Assembly (NCBI GenBank): GCA_903813345.2
Contig: CAIIXF020000001.1
Coordinates: 36,270,001-36,334,000 of the forward strand
Reading direction: 5' to 3'
DNA: 64,000 bases
Source: Owenia fusiformis
Taxonomy: Eukaryota
Shown: positions 50,024 through 62,188 of the stretch, in pieces
Position numbering within the stretch: the first letter of the stretch is position 1
Layout: each line of letters starts with the position of its first letter
The notes under the pieces: generated by a model
Told to the model about the DNA's origin: nothing
Database searches by the model: none
What the model saw: the letters and a program-made list of their open reading frames with translations, nothing else
Position numbers and translations under genes: made by a program

Positions 50024-51921
50024 AGTTTTGTCTTAAGACTAACCATTTATAATTAGATACAAAATGTACACAAACTGGAAATACTCATACATGTACATTG
50101 ACCTTAATCTTTTAAATGACCTTGAATTCTAAACCTGACCTTGAACATAAGTGACCAGTAAGTTAGATGTCCATATATTCATCATTAACCTTCTGGGGAC
50201 CCTTAGGGTTAAGGAGAAGCAGACCCCCACATGTTAAAAGAACATATGGAACTGGACATACAAGTATAAGAGGTTGGAAATGTATCGAAGTATTATTCCC
50301 CTCTTTGCTTAGTTCTAGCACTGGATGTTGGGTCAGTTCTACCATTGATGGGATGTTTACAAATTAAAAAGTTTAAATGTGATAGCTTTAATTAAGCTGT
50401 CATGCAAGTTGCTTCACAAGCATTATATTTTAAAGATTTATTACTCATTTGTTGGTAATTCTCATGATCTAATTAACCATCTTTTCGATTATGACCATGG
50501 CTAAAGAATTTAAATGAACTGGCCATAAGTGTGGTTTCGTTCTCAGTTTCATATATCTTCACAAGTGTCATGAAACTAATTTCAGACCTGACTCTCTTTG
50601 CAGAATATTGGTGTCTAGGGAGCCATGTCATTGCAACATTTTGATACCTTATACCTCTAAATTCTCTAGAATGTATGCCTCTGGTGACATAAAATACATG
50701 TCTGTCTCTTTTATTGCCTACTTTCAGATAATTCTCCTGGTGCTTCTAAGCCAACCTTGAATGATATTTCATGTTAGCTAACTTGGATTGATTTTTTATG
50801 CCCATTTTAGCCATAAAGGAAAAGGAAACCAATTTGTTAATAATGATGTGGTAATATAGATATTTATATAAAATAGGTTTATGTTTCATATAATCACTCA
50901 AGCAAATTACTTTAGTATAAATCCTTTTATAATTACATGATAAATTAGTTTCTGAGATGCATCGAGTTGTCAGATAAATCCAGTAATGATACCAATGAGT
51001 TCTGAGGCCTAGGAATAAGATAAAAATGGTTAAAAAATATCCTTATACACTGAGCCATATAATTATTAAACTACACGATATGCTAATACTTGATACGAAT
51101 AACACTGAAAAAGATGTGTCCATGAATACTGGACATAACATAAGAAACAGTGTTTCTGGAAAATTCAATAGTACTGCTTTCCCGGACTTCAGAACAACCT
51201 CATCTCATTGATTTGATTCAAATCATGTTATTTCTCCACCATTTTCTTGTAAAAAGATTAAATCTGTTTTAATAGCAACCTATCTTTTCCTCATCCTTTC
51301 ACTTATGAAATCGGAATTGTGGTAAAAATACTCACAAAGAATCTGAAGTGAAGCTAATCTGATGAGGATTAATACACTGTGGCGGGGCTGACATTGAAAG
51401 ATTCCCAGGTTTACTGAAATGAGTAATTACCACATCAATAAAAGCCAGTTAGGCTATAAGATCTTAACCTTGTGAGTACAGTAATTTCCTGAACTCGTAA
51501 GATTTGTCCCTTGATTGACAATTATCTTCGCACGTTTAAAATGGTACTCCCATTGGTTCAAATCCTAATTTTTGAATCAATATCATACGATATATCTCAA
51601 TAAAAAAGGAAGACATGTTGAGCTTTTGTTCTTTCTGTGTTTCATCTGGTACAACCCTACTTAACTTAAATACCCTTTGCATAAGGTCATATTCATCTAT
51701 ACTCTTTAAACGAGAGACATTTCTTTGATATGGCTCATATCTAAATTGGAATATGTAGTCAGAAAATCAAGACAGTACATTTTCTCCCGTTTAATTGCTA
51801 TCATTAATTTCACTTTCAAACTCTAAATGATAAAAGGTCATGAAAGCTACATAAAGATCTTATCAATATCAGAAATGGGAAATCATCTGTTAAATAACCA
51901 GTCAGAGGGTAGATTGGCTAC

Positions 51922-52542
51922 CTGATAAGGGTAAATATTGTTAAACCCATAAGGATTTAGAGTAAATATAGTAAGAGTCCCAAAAAGATTCAGGGTAAAT
52001 GTTGCTAGACCCATAAAGATTCATGGTCAATTTTGTTAGACCCATAAGGATTCAGGGTAAATACAAGGTATTGTTAGCCCCATAAGGATTTAGAGTAAAT
52101 ATTGTTAGACCCCTAAGGATTCTCGGTAAAATTTGTTAGACCCCTAAGGATCCAGGGTTAATAATGTTAGACCCATAATGATTCAGGTTAAATATTGTTT
52201 GACCCATAAGGATTCAGGGTAAATATTGTTTGACCCATAAGGATTTAGGGTAAATATATTTAGAGTCCCAAAAGGATTCAGGGTAAATTTTGTAAGACCC
52301 ATAAGGATTCAGGGTAAATATTGTTAGCCCCATAAGGATTTAGGGTAAATATTGTTAGACCCTTAAGGATTCTCGGTAAAATTTGTTAGACCCGTAGGGA
52401 TCCAGGGTTAATATTGTTAGACCCACAATGATTCAGGGTAAATATTGTTTGACCCATAAGGATTTGTGGTAAATATTGTGAGACCCACACGGATTTGTGG
52501 TAGATATTATTAGACCCATAAGGATTTGTGTTAGATATTTAC
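51922..52542. repeat. 31-bp minisatellite, about 20 copies
   Basis: Consensus GACCCATAAGGATTCAGGGTAAATATTGTTA. Confidence 0.97.
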
Positions 52543-52832
52543 CAGTGGCATAGCGTGGGTATTTTGTGAGTGTACACCGCGAGTAAGCGAAATAGACGTG
52601 CTTTGAGGGGGGTTCGGGGGAGGTCCCCCCAAGAAAGTGAAAAAGAAAATGAGATAGCATTTTGAGCGTTCTGGGGTGTTTGGATAACGAAATTCCGACT
52701 ATTATGGACGAATAGAATGTAAATTATTAGCCATTTTTGAAGTGTGGGGCAAATCAATATAAAAAATCAACTATTTTCTAAATTTTGAGAGTACGCCATG
52801 GCGTTTTATGCGTATATGACGCTACGCCATTG
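52543..52832. mobile_element. MITE with CAGTGGCGTAGCGT-type TIRs (hAT-like ends)
   Basis: CAGTGGCATAGCGT ... ACGCTACGCCATTG (12/14); TTTAC on both flanks; internal GGGGGTTCGGGGGAGGTCCCCCC. Confidence 0.7.
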
Positions 52833-53436
52833 TTTACTTTTATTTTTGATGCAGTTTTTAAGTTCATATAAAATTTAGAAAATTATTAATGAAAATTTGT
52901 ATCAATAATTATCCTTATCTAGCTCAGTGGGGGACAGATTTTGAGTGATATAAGATTTGCAGAACAGAGTGACATCACAATTACCTTGTTTAAATATGAA
53001 TAAGATATAAAAAAGTATCTGCTATAAATCTTGGAGTCTTGGTAAGTTAGGGGAGTTCAAGTAGAATGAATAATTTAACTAATTAAAACAATTAGGATCA
53101 CTTGTTTGCAACCATATTTGTACTTGACCTTTTATTTCTGGTTTTGGTTTCAGAGGGATAAATGTCTTTGATATAAATCATGATACTGTAGGTTACCTAA
53201 GACAAGAAATATTAATTTATTTGCCATTTTCAACCTTCGACTCTGAATATTGATTTTATCCTTGGGGAAATATATATATCACCCTGGCTCCCTATTCTGG
53301 TACTACTTTGCTTCTACTTCTCCAGAACATCTGACAGCATAACTCTCATCAGTGATTTCCCAAGGTTTTTTCTCAATATGATGCTTAATTTTACTTGTTT
53401 TGTCGAAGCTACCTCATTACTTAGACAAGCTGGTAG

Positions 53437-55116
53437 CATATTTTCAAGAGTGCATTACCCAGATGATCAAACACATTTTCAAGAGTGCATTACCCAGATG
53501 ATCAAGCACATTTTCAAGAGTGCATAACCCAGATGATCAAGCACATTTTCATAATTGCATTACCCAGATGATCAAACACATTTTCATAATTGCATTACCC
53601 AGATGATCAAGCACATTTTCAAGAGTGCATTACCCAGATGATCAAGCACATTTTCAAGAGTGCATTACCCAGATGATCAAGCACATTTTCAAGAGTGCAT
53701 AACCCAGATGATTAAGCACATTTTCATAATTGCATTACCCAGATGATCAAACACATTTTCATAATTGCATTACCCAGATGATTAAGCACATTTTCATAAT
53801 TGCATTACCCAGATGATCAAACACATTTTCATAATTGCATTACCCAGATGATCAAGCACATTTTCAAGAGTGCATTACCCAGATGATCAAGCACATTTTC
53901 AAGAGTGCATAACCCAGATGATTAAGCACATTTTCATAATTGCATTACCCAGATGATCAAACACATTTTCAAGAGTGCATTACCCAGATGATCAAGCACA
54001 TTTTCAAGAGTGCATAACCCAGATGATTAAGCACATTTTCATAATTGCATTACCCAGATGATCAAGCACATTTTCAAGAGTATATTACCCAGATAATCAA
54101 GCTCATTTTCAAGAGTGCATTGCCCAGATGATCAAACATATTTTCAAGAGTGCATAACCCATATGATCAAGCATATTTTCAAGAATGCATTACCCAGATG
54201 ATCAAGCATATTTTCAATAGTGTATTACCCAGATGATCAAGCATATTTTCATAATTGCATTACCCAGATGATCAAACACATTTTCATAATTGCATTACCC
54301 AGATGATCAAGCACATTTTCAAGAGTGCATTACCCAGATGATCAAGCACATTTTCAAGAGTGCATAACCCAGATGATTAAGCACATTTTCATAATTGCAT
54401 TACCCAGATGATCAAACACATTTTCAAGAGTGCATTTTCCAGGTGATTAAGCACATTTTCATAATTGCATTACCCAGATGATCAAGCACATTTTCAAGAG
54501 TGCATTTTCCAGGTGATTAAGCACATTTTCATAATTGCATTACCCAGATGATCAAGCACATTTTCAAGAGTATATTACCCAGATAATCAAGCTCATTTTC
54601 AAGAGTGCATTGCCCAGATGATCAAACATATTTTCAAGAGTGCATAACCCATATGATCAAGCATATTTTCAAGAATGCATTACCCAGATGATCAAGCATA
54701 TTTTCAATAGTGTATTACCCAGATGATCAAGCATATTTTCATAATTGCATAACCCAGATGATCAAGCACATTTTCATAATTGCATTACCCAGATGATCAA
54801 GCATATTTTCAAGAGTGCATAACCCCAGATGATCAAACACATTTTCAAGAGTGCATTTTCCAGGTGATCAAACACTTTTTCAAGAGTGCATTACCCATAT
54901 GATCAAGCATATTTTCAAGAGTGCATTACCCAGATGATCAAGCATATTTTCAAGAGTGCATTACCCATATGATCAAGCATATTTTCAAGAGTGCAATACT
55001 CAGATGATCAAGCATATTTTCAAGAGTGCATTACCCATATGATCAAGCATATTTTCAAGAGTGCAATACTCAGATGATCAAGCATATTTTCAAGAGTGCA
55101 CTACCCAGTTGATCAA
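53437..55116. repeat. 35-bp minisatellite, about 48 copies
   Basis: Consensus ATTTTCA(AGAG/TAAT)TGCATTACCCAGATGATCAAGCAC. Confidence 0.99.
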
Positions 55117-55822
55117 TGCTGATCTATTATCTTATGATTCTAATTTCCCAACACCTTGAAATGTCCTAATACTCAACAACCACTGACATTTATTTGGCAT
55201 ATACGTAAATACATTCTCATTCAGTTTTTCAACATCAGTTCAATTTTGTTAGAGGTAAAGTTCATCATGACCCTAGAAGAGGTGCATGCAATAAGAAGAT
55301 AATTGGGATGCTTCAATGGATAGGGCTGATCCCATTATTACAGTAATCTGTTACAAATCTTTCAAATTATAGATATGTAGATGATGTGTCCCAAGAGAAG
55401 GGTAAAGCTTCTATCTGGAATGTTGTTGAATGATAGTGATATCGCCTTTGTATTATTTGACACAATTTTTGACAAAACTAATAACTATTAAATGTTCCCC
55501 TTGATGCATGCTAGAAAGCTAATTGCTTTTAAAGGGAACCATCTCTTACCTACACGTAGATTCAATATTTTTCACCTTACAATTGGTATATTAATCCCAT
55601 TACTATAAGTAACATTACGATAAGTGAATATGTTTTGCATCTCCCAATTCAAAATTACCAAGACCCAGATTGTGCCTGCTAATACATGGAGCCTGTTGCA
55701 TGTTTTCGGGTTGAATTAAAAATTGCTACTGATGGATTTACTGCTTCTTATTTTTCAATTAAAGGAAGACTCTTAGAAAGAGCAATTTTCTCAAAAAAAT
55801 CTTTTTAAACCTTCTCATATCA

Positions 55823-55935
55823 TTTTCCCACCAAAGAAGTTCGAGGGGGATATAGGAAAGCCATCCGTCTGTTATTTAGCAAACATGTTTTATTGGTTGG
55901 GATTTGCTACTCTGTGGAGTTGCTGTTTTCTAGTT
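55823..55935 (+). mobile_element. Minimal HINE family A copy (both ends, no internal array)
   Basis: CCCACCAAAGAAGTTCGAGGGGGATATAGGAAAGCC at the start and TTTGCTACTCTGTGGAGTTGCTGTTTTCTAGTT at the end match both ends of 49031..50023. Confidence 0.85.
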
Positions 55936-58570
55936 TTAGAAATTCTAAAAGTTCATGGTTTATTGATCTTCCATCTATCTATTGATTTATCTGACATGAT
56001 ATTTTGGTTAAAGTGAACTGATAAATACCTAAAACATTTGTTGATAGCTTGATATATAGAGCAAAATTGTTATAAAAGCATTCATTGCGATTTGACTCTG
56101 ATTTTTGAACATTTGCCATTGTGAACTTAAACCTTTTGTCGTTAATTTCAGAAATAATGACTTATCATGCCAAAATTGTCATTCTATCTACATCTACAAC
56201 TATGAACTTGAAATGAATGAAATGTTAGCTAAATTAGGGCTACATTGTAATCAATAAATATTCACATTGAGCCAACATTACAATGGTTTTCTATCAACTG
56301 GAATCCTTTGATGATGTTTTGCATTATTTCTTGGCCAGTATTATGCTACATCTTTTAATAAACAGAATATAATTACTGTAGTTGAAGTATTATATTTATA
56401 ACAAACACACAAAAAGAATTTTGCAGTAGTCCGTATTTTTGATAGACATACCAATATTGTAGGCTAATAATCAAATCAGTGATATACAGTAACAATTTCT
56501 GTGTTAAATGGAAATTGAGGTTACCAGTTGGTTGAGAGAGGTCACATGAATATTCCTGACACTTGCGGATAGTTGTAATATTCACTCAACATTTTTATAT
56601 TTGAGTAATTTTTCACTATGGCGGATGATTCTTTTTAATTCATATCCAAATATATTATAGAACATTCATGGTGGACTTTTACAGTTTATTAGCTTGAAAG
56701 ATTCCACCATACTGAATAATATCAATTCTGTTACCTAAGGATGAGATACTGAGACTTACCTGGTTCTGGTTCATAGCAGTCTTTGTTGTTGTCTGATTAT
56801 GTATCTTAATAAACCTGGAATTTATGAATAAATGATAACTTACTTTTACTTATTTAGCTCTTCTTTATATGTTATTTCTATTTCTCTTTCTATTGTGTTT
56901 TGTGCACAATAGAAAATTACATCATTGTGGCAGCTTTCAGTGCTATTCGATAATTCGATAATGTTGCATTCATTTCCAAAGTGAGTCCTCATCACTTTTG
57001 TACCTGATATTTGGATTCATATGTCAAATTATGGCTTTATTTTCATCCTGCATCATAAGCCCCTAAAACATTAGTTGAGATGTTGCAATTCAGGACTCAG
57101 CACTGTTTTCTTGTTTATTTTACATTACTAAGTTTGTTTTCCTTGGACAAATCCTGGAGTTATCTGCCTGTTAAACACTTGGCAAACTCGATGGTATGTC
57201 TACGTGTCAAAGTTTTGAATTGGAATTTGATCATTGCTGATGTTTCTCAATTCATTATAATTCTGTTGACAGATCTAGAAATGGATATATCATTTTTTGA
57301 TTACTTTATCAATTAATTGTAAAAGAATGTCTGTTCACCTTATCATGTTTATAGTTTAGAGCCAGAGCTAATATTGCGTGAGGTTTGTTCAAGCTAATCT
57401 GTCACTGGAGCTGTGATTCTATAGAAAGGCGACTTAATATCAGCAAAGTATGAATTTATTTGTTTAAATAATGACCAATTAATCATCTATGTTTTGTTCT
57501 CTAATCTCTTTGACATATAAGATGAAGACAGATATCCATTCGAAAAATATTAACAATTCATTAGAAAGTGAAAGGCCACAATATTTCTTATTAATCTATT
57601 TTCTTTACTCAACCCCAGGAAACATTAGTGCTGACAGATTCCTATTCAAAGAGCCAGTTATCCAGCTTTAATTTGATATATGATTGTTGTGCTCATAGGG
57701 TGGTAAGTCATAAAGTTCCCATAGTTCCTGTTGTTGGAGACGTGTTTTTGTCAATTTTAGATTAGGGTATTTGTTCTTTAACAGTTCAACGGAAATATAA
57801 AAGGAAGTATAAAATTGTATTTTTTCCGTTGATAGCAACATTAGAAGGTGACAGAAATCAGAATGATCTGTTATTTCCTATGAGTTTACTAATAGCTTCA
57901 CTTGTACATTGTTTAAAGTCCATACAAGTCAACTGGTATTGACATTTTAATTTACAAATCTTGTCCAAAGCTTTTAGTGAACTGTTTGGTGACATAATGT
58001 TCGATTTTGATTGAGAGCAGCTATGATTGAGATTGATTCCTTATTTCTCTACATCCCTATCCTTGAATTCGATTCGGTCGTATTTACAAATACATTATAC
58101 AATTTAGGTTTATTTGTTATTTGCATGTTTAATTGAAACAAGAGTGATTACTCTGTTATAATGATCCATTAGCCATTAGTGTTGTTCCATTTTACCAGAG
58201 TTTTAGTGCATGATTTAAAATACTTTGTGTTATATTTTCCTACATTATATGAATGACAATGATGGATCCATCCTCTGTGTTAATAAATTATTTAGGGAAC
58301 ATAAACTGTTATATGTATGATCATCTGTTCCAGCTTTTATGAAAAAGGAAATATAATTCTACAGAGAGGCAACTTCCAATTACATAACCTCTTATAAATG
58401 TAAATGATATTTTATCCTTATTGATTTTTTACATTCCCATACATAAGTCAAGCAACTGGAAATCCCAATCAGATGGCATATTAAACCTGTTTATGTTCAA
58501 ATATTTATTTTGTACAGTTGCAAATCTGATGAATTTTTTTAAATTGCCAAAGATAATCAGGTTTTAACAT

Positions 58571-59950
58571 GTTGTCCAACTGAAGGTGACTTATTGTTGC
58601 CAAACTTTGGAGGGGAGTGTATATTATGTCCAACTAAATGTGACTTCTTGCTTCCAAACTTTGGAGGGGAGTGTATATTATATCCAATTGGAAGTGACTT
58701 ATTGTTGCCAAATTTTGGAGGGGAGTGTACATTATGTCCAACTGAAGGTGTTGTTGCCAAACTGTTGAGGAGAGTGTATATTATGTCCAACTGAATGTGA
58801 CTTCTTGTTTCCAAACTTTGGAGGGGAGTGTATAACATGTCCAACTGAAGGTGACTTTTTGATTCAAAACTTTGGAGGGGAGCGTATATTATGTCCAACT
58901 GAAGGTGACTTCTTATTGCCAAACTTTGGAGGGGAGTGTACACTATGTCCAACTGAAGGTGACTTCTTCTTTACAAACTTTGGAGGGGAGTGTATATAAT
59001 GTCCAACTTAAGATGACTTCTTGTTGCCAAACTTTGGAGGGGAATGTACACTATGTCCAACTGAAGGTGACTTCTTGTTTCCAAACTTTTGAGCGGAGTG
59101 TATATTATGTCCAACTGAAGGTGACTTCTTGTTTCCAAACTTTTGAGGGGAGTGTTCATTATGCCCAACTTAAGATGACTTATTGTTGTCAAACTTTGGA
59201 GGGGAGTGTACACTATGTCCAACTGAAGGTGACTTCTTGTTTCCAAACTTTTGAGGGGAGTGTATATCATGTCCAACTTAAGATGACTTCTTGTTGCCAA
59301 ACTTTGGAGGGGAGTGTACACTCTGTCCAACTGAAGATGACTTCTTGTTGCCAAACTTTGGAGGGGAGTGTACACTCTGTCCAACTGAAGGTGACTTCTT
59401 GTTTACAAACTTTGGAGGGGAGTGTATACTATGTGCAGCTGAAGGAGACTTCTTGTTTCCAATCTAGCGAGGGGAGTGTATATTATGTCCAACTGAAGGT
59501 GACTTTTGTTTCCAATCTTTGGAGGGGAGTGTATATTATGTCCAACTGAAGGTGACTTATTGTTGCCAAACTTTGGAGGGGAGTGTATATTATGTCCAAC
59601 TGAAGGTGACTTATTGTTGCCAAACTTTGGAGGGGAGCGTATATTATGTCCAACTGAAGGTGACTTATTGTTGCCAAACTTTGGAGGGGAGTATATACTA
59701 TTTGCAGCTGAAGGAGACTTCTTGTTTCCAATCTTTGGAGGGGAGTGTATATTATGTCCAACTGAAGGTGACTTCTTGTTTCCAATCTTTGGAGGAGAGC
59801 GTATATTATGTCAAACTGAAGGTGACTTCTTGTTTCCAATCTTTGGAGGGGAGTGTACACTTATTGTTTCCAATCTTTGAAAGGGGAGTGTATATTATGT
59901 TCAACAAAATGTGACTTCTTATTGCCAATCTTTGGAGAGGAGTATATACA
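58571..59950. repeat. 54-bp minisatellite, about 25 copies
   Basis: Consensus TGTCCAACTGAAGGTGACTTCTTGTTGCCAAACTTTGGAGGGGAGTGTATATTA. Confidence 0.99.
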
Positions 59951-61758
59951 ATGTAATGTTGGATTTAAATATTGGTAGGAAGTGTTTTATACAAATTGAT
60001 TAGGCATAATGGAGATATATTGGTTCTATATTTAATACATTATTTGACATTATCTCACAGATTGATATTATGGATAAAAAACTCTTAAAGGCAACACTAA
60101 ATGTGAGTCATGTAAATCCCCAATGTGACCTTACTTAAGCTATTACTATTGAAAGGTTTATTCAGTTTTATGATTCAATTGAAAAAAAGTTTAAATTCTA
60201 TAGTCTTTGCCACACCTTTTAATTAGACATAATATGTAAACAATTTGGATGTTTGAATCATTTATCCTAAATGCTAGAGCAAAGGGTGCTTTGAAGAGAG
60301 TAAATGAAGGGGGATGGTATCCATTGCTCCCACCCACAGTCCACACTTTTAATTCAGAAGATGTTCCATGAATTATATTTGTTAAAACTAACAGATATTT
60401 GTAATTAAGATAAATGATGGCTCATGTGCTTCGGATCTAATGATGCAATGCTGGGCTCAGTCGCTGTGGAATTTTGCTGATTGATCACTCTCATTTATCT
60501 AGTTCCCATGTCATATTATCTACTGATATAAGTCAATTGATTATATTCTAGGTCTTGTGTCATGTTTCACAGATGTGTTATAATTTTCTATGAATGGCAG
60601 GTTCTATTAGATCATATCCGAATAAGAACTATAGTTCAAAGGGGATATATGTGAAAAGCTTTCTGGCTTTGTATGATGGGTTGGTTGGTTTAGTTGAGGC
60701 CATATGATACCAAAATAAGTAGCCACATGAACTATATTCCAGTGTCTCCTAAAGGCTTCTCAGCTCAATATCACCCCTGTCATTTTTTCTAGACACTTAC
60801 TTGAGTAACATTTGTCTGATATTGTTCACATGACTTATATAATTGCATGCTTAAATTATAACAGATTATATCTATACTATCATCAGAGGTAATCTTGAGG
60901 GAAATAAATGGATCTCCCTAGGATCCACATGGACAAGGGATAAACCCTCTGCCCAAAACTGAGCATATATGGTATATGTATTCCATATAATCCTACTATG
61001 AAAACAGTTTTATGGCCTTTTATGACTAATATTAAAAAATTCAGTTTTTAAATTTTGTGAAGTGGGACTGGAATAGAAGACTTAGGCAAAAACAGGACCG
61101 AGAACCTGAGCAGGTAAAAGATACATTGATAACTTCATTGGTGCGATATTGTGAGCTACAGGTATCTTGTTTTTTATCATTTAACTTTGAAATGTAATTG
61201 AGCAATCTATTAATGACAAGGATTCTTTATTGCAGATGTGCAATAGCTCGATGAGGTAGTCCTCACACCTATCCTTTCCTTGTTTTTTATTATTTGATTG
61301 ATTTCATTTCCAAAAGAAATGGGGCAAGTACTTGATTAACTGAGGAAGGGAAATTCACAAATGTTGCGGCTCTGAAGTAAGATGAAGTGTTGGGCGGGAA
61401 AACATGTTTGTAATAAAGAAGTTGTAGAAACCCTCAATGGCCCTCCTTTGGAATGCCCATCAATAGGTTATCTTTATAAAGATAAACCAATAGGAATAAG
61501 ATAATTTTAAAACTAGCTTTAATGGTACGAGTGATACTTTAAAGGAGTTCGATGATATTTATGCCAATAAATGAATTTCAGAGCGGATATTGTGCCTCTT
61601 TCTGTCTATTTGTTCATCCAAGCTTTCATTTGTTTTGCTAACATATGGAGTTCATCTATGGTCCATAAATTTCTCCAGAAGATAGTTCACGTATCAATCT
61701 TCTTTGTGAGTCTGACCAAAACTTAATTTCAAAATGGCTGCTGGCTACACTTTCAAAG

Positions 61759-62188
61759 ATGTCACTGCCAGAAGTGGTAACATTATTATGATAGTCTCCA
61801 ACTTTTTGTGGACGTTGTTTGGTAGCTGGACATTTTTTATGAACATAAATTGTGACTGGCATTTGTCTTTGGTGCTAATGCCTGTAACAAATGTAGAATA
61901 TAGTTCAGAGGAGGGATACTAGGGGTTACTGTTGGCTTTTTGGTTTTCTGTATAAAAAAGCTATTTCTCCTTTTCTGGCCTGTCACAGCGCCATCTAGTG
62001 TTTGATAAAAGGAATCAAGGTTTATTCTCGTTAGCATAAGTACTAATCTATCAGGAAACATTTACAAGTTTGGTTAGATACAGAATTTTTAGAGATGACA
62101 GATTTTTAACTGCAATCTTGACCCGTAATTGTTATGATTTGCAATAACTGCCCATACCAGGTGGTGATATGTCATGTTAATGCTTGTT
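61759..62188 (+). mobile_element. HINE/Helentron-like family B (copy 3, longer)
   Basis: ATGTCACTGCCAGAAGTGGTAACAT...TCTCCAACTTTTTGTGGACGTT matches 58-116; ends with CAGGTGGTGATAT. Confidence 0.4.

Noticed and set aside
58557..59914. Repeat-protein gene
   Set aside because: Overlapping ORFs on both strands, frameshifts and stops among monomers, and no signal peptide or unique domain.
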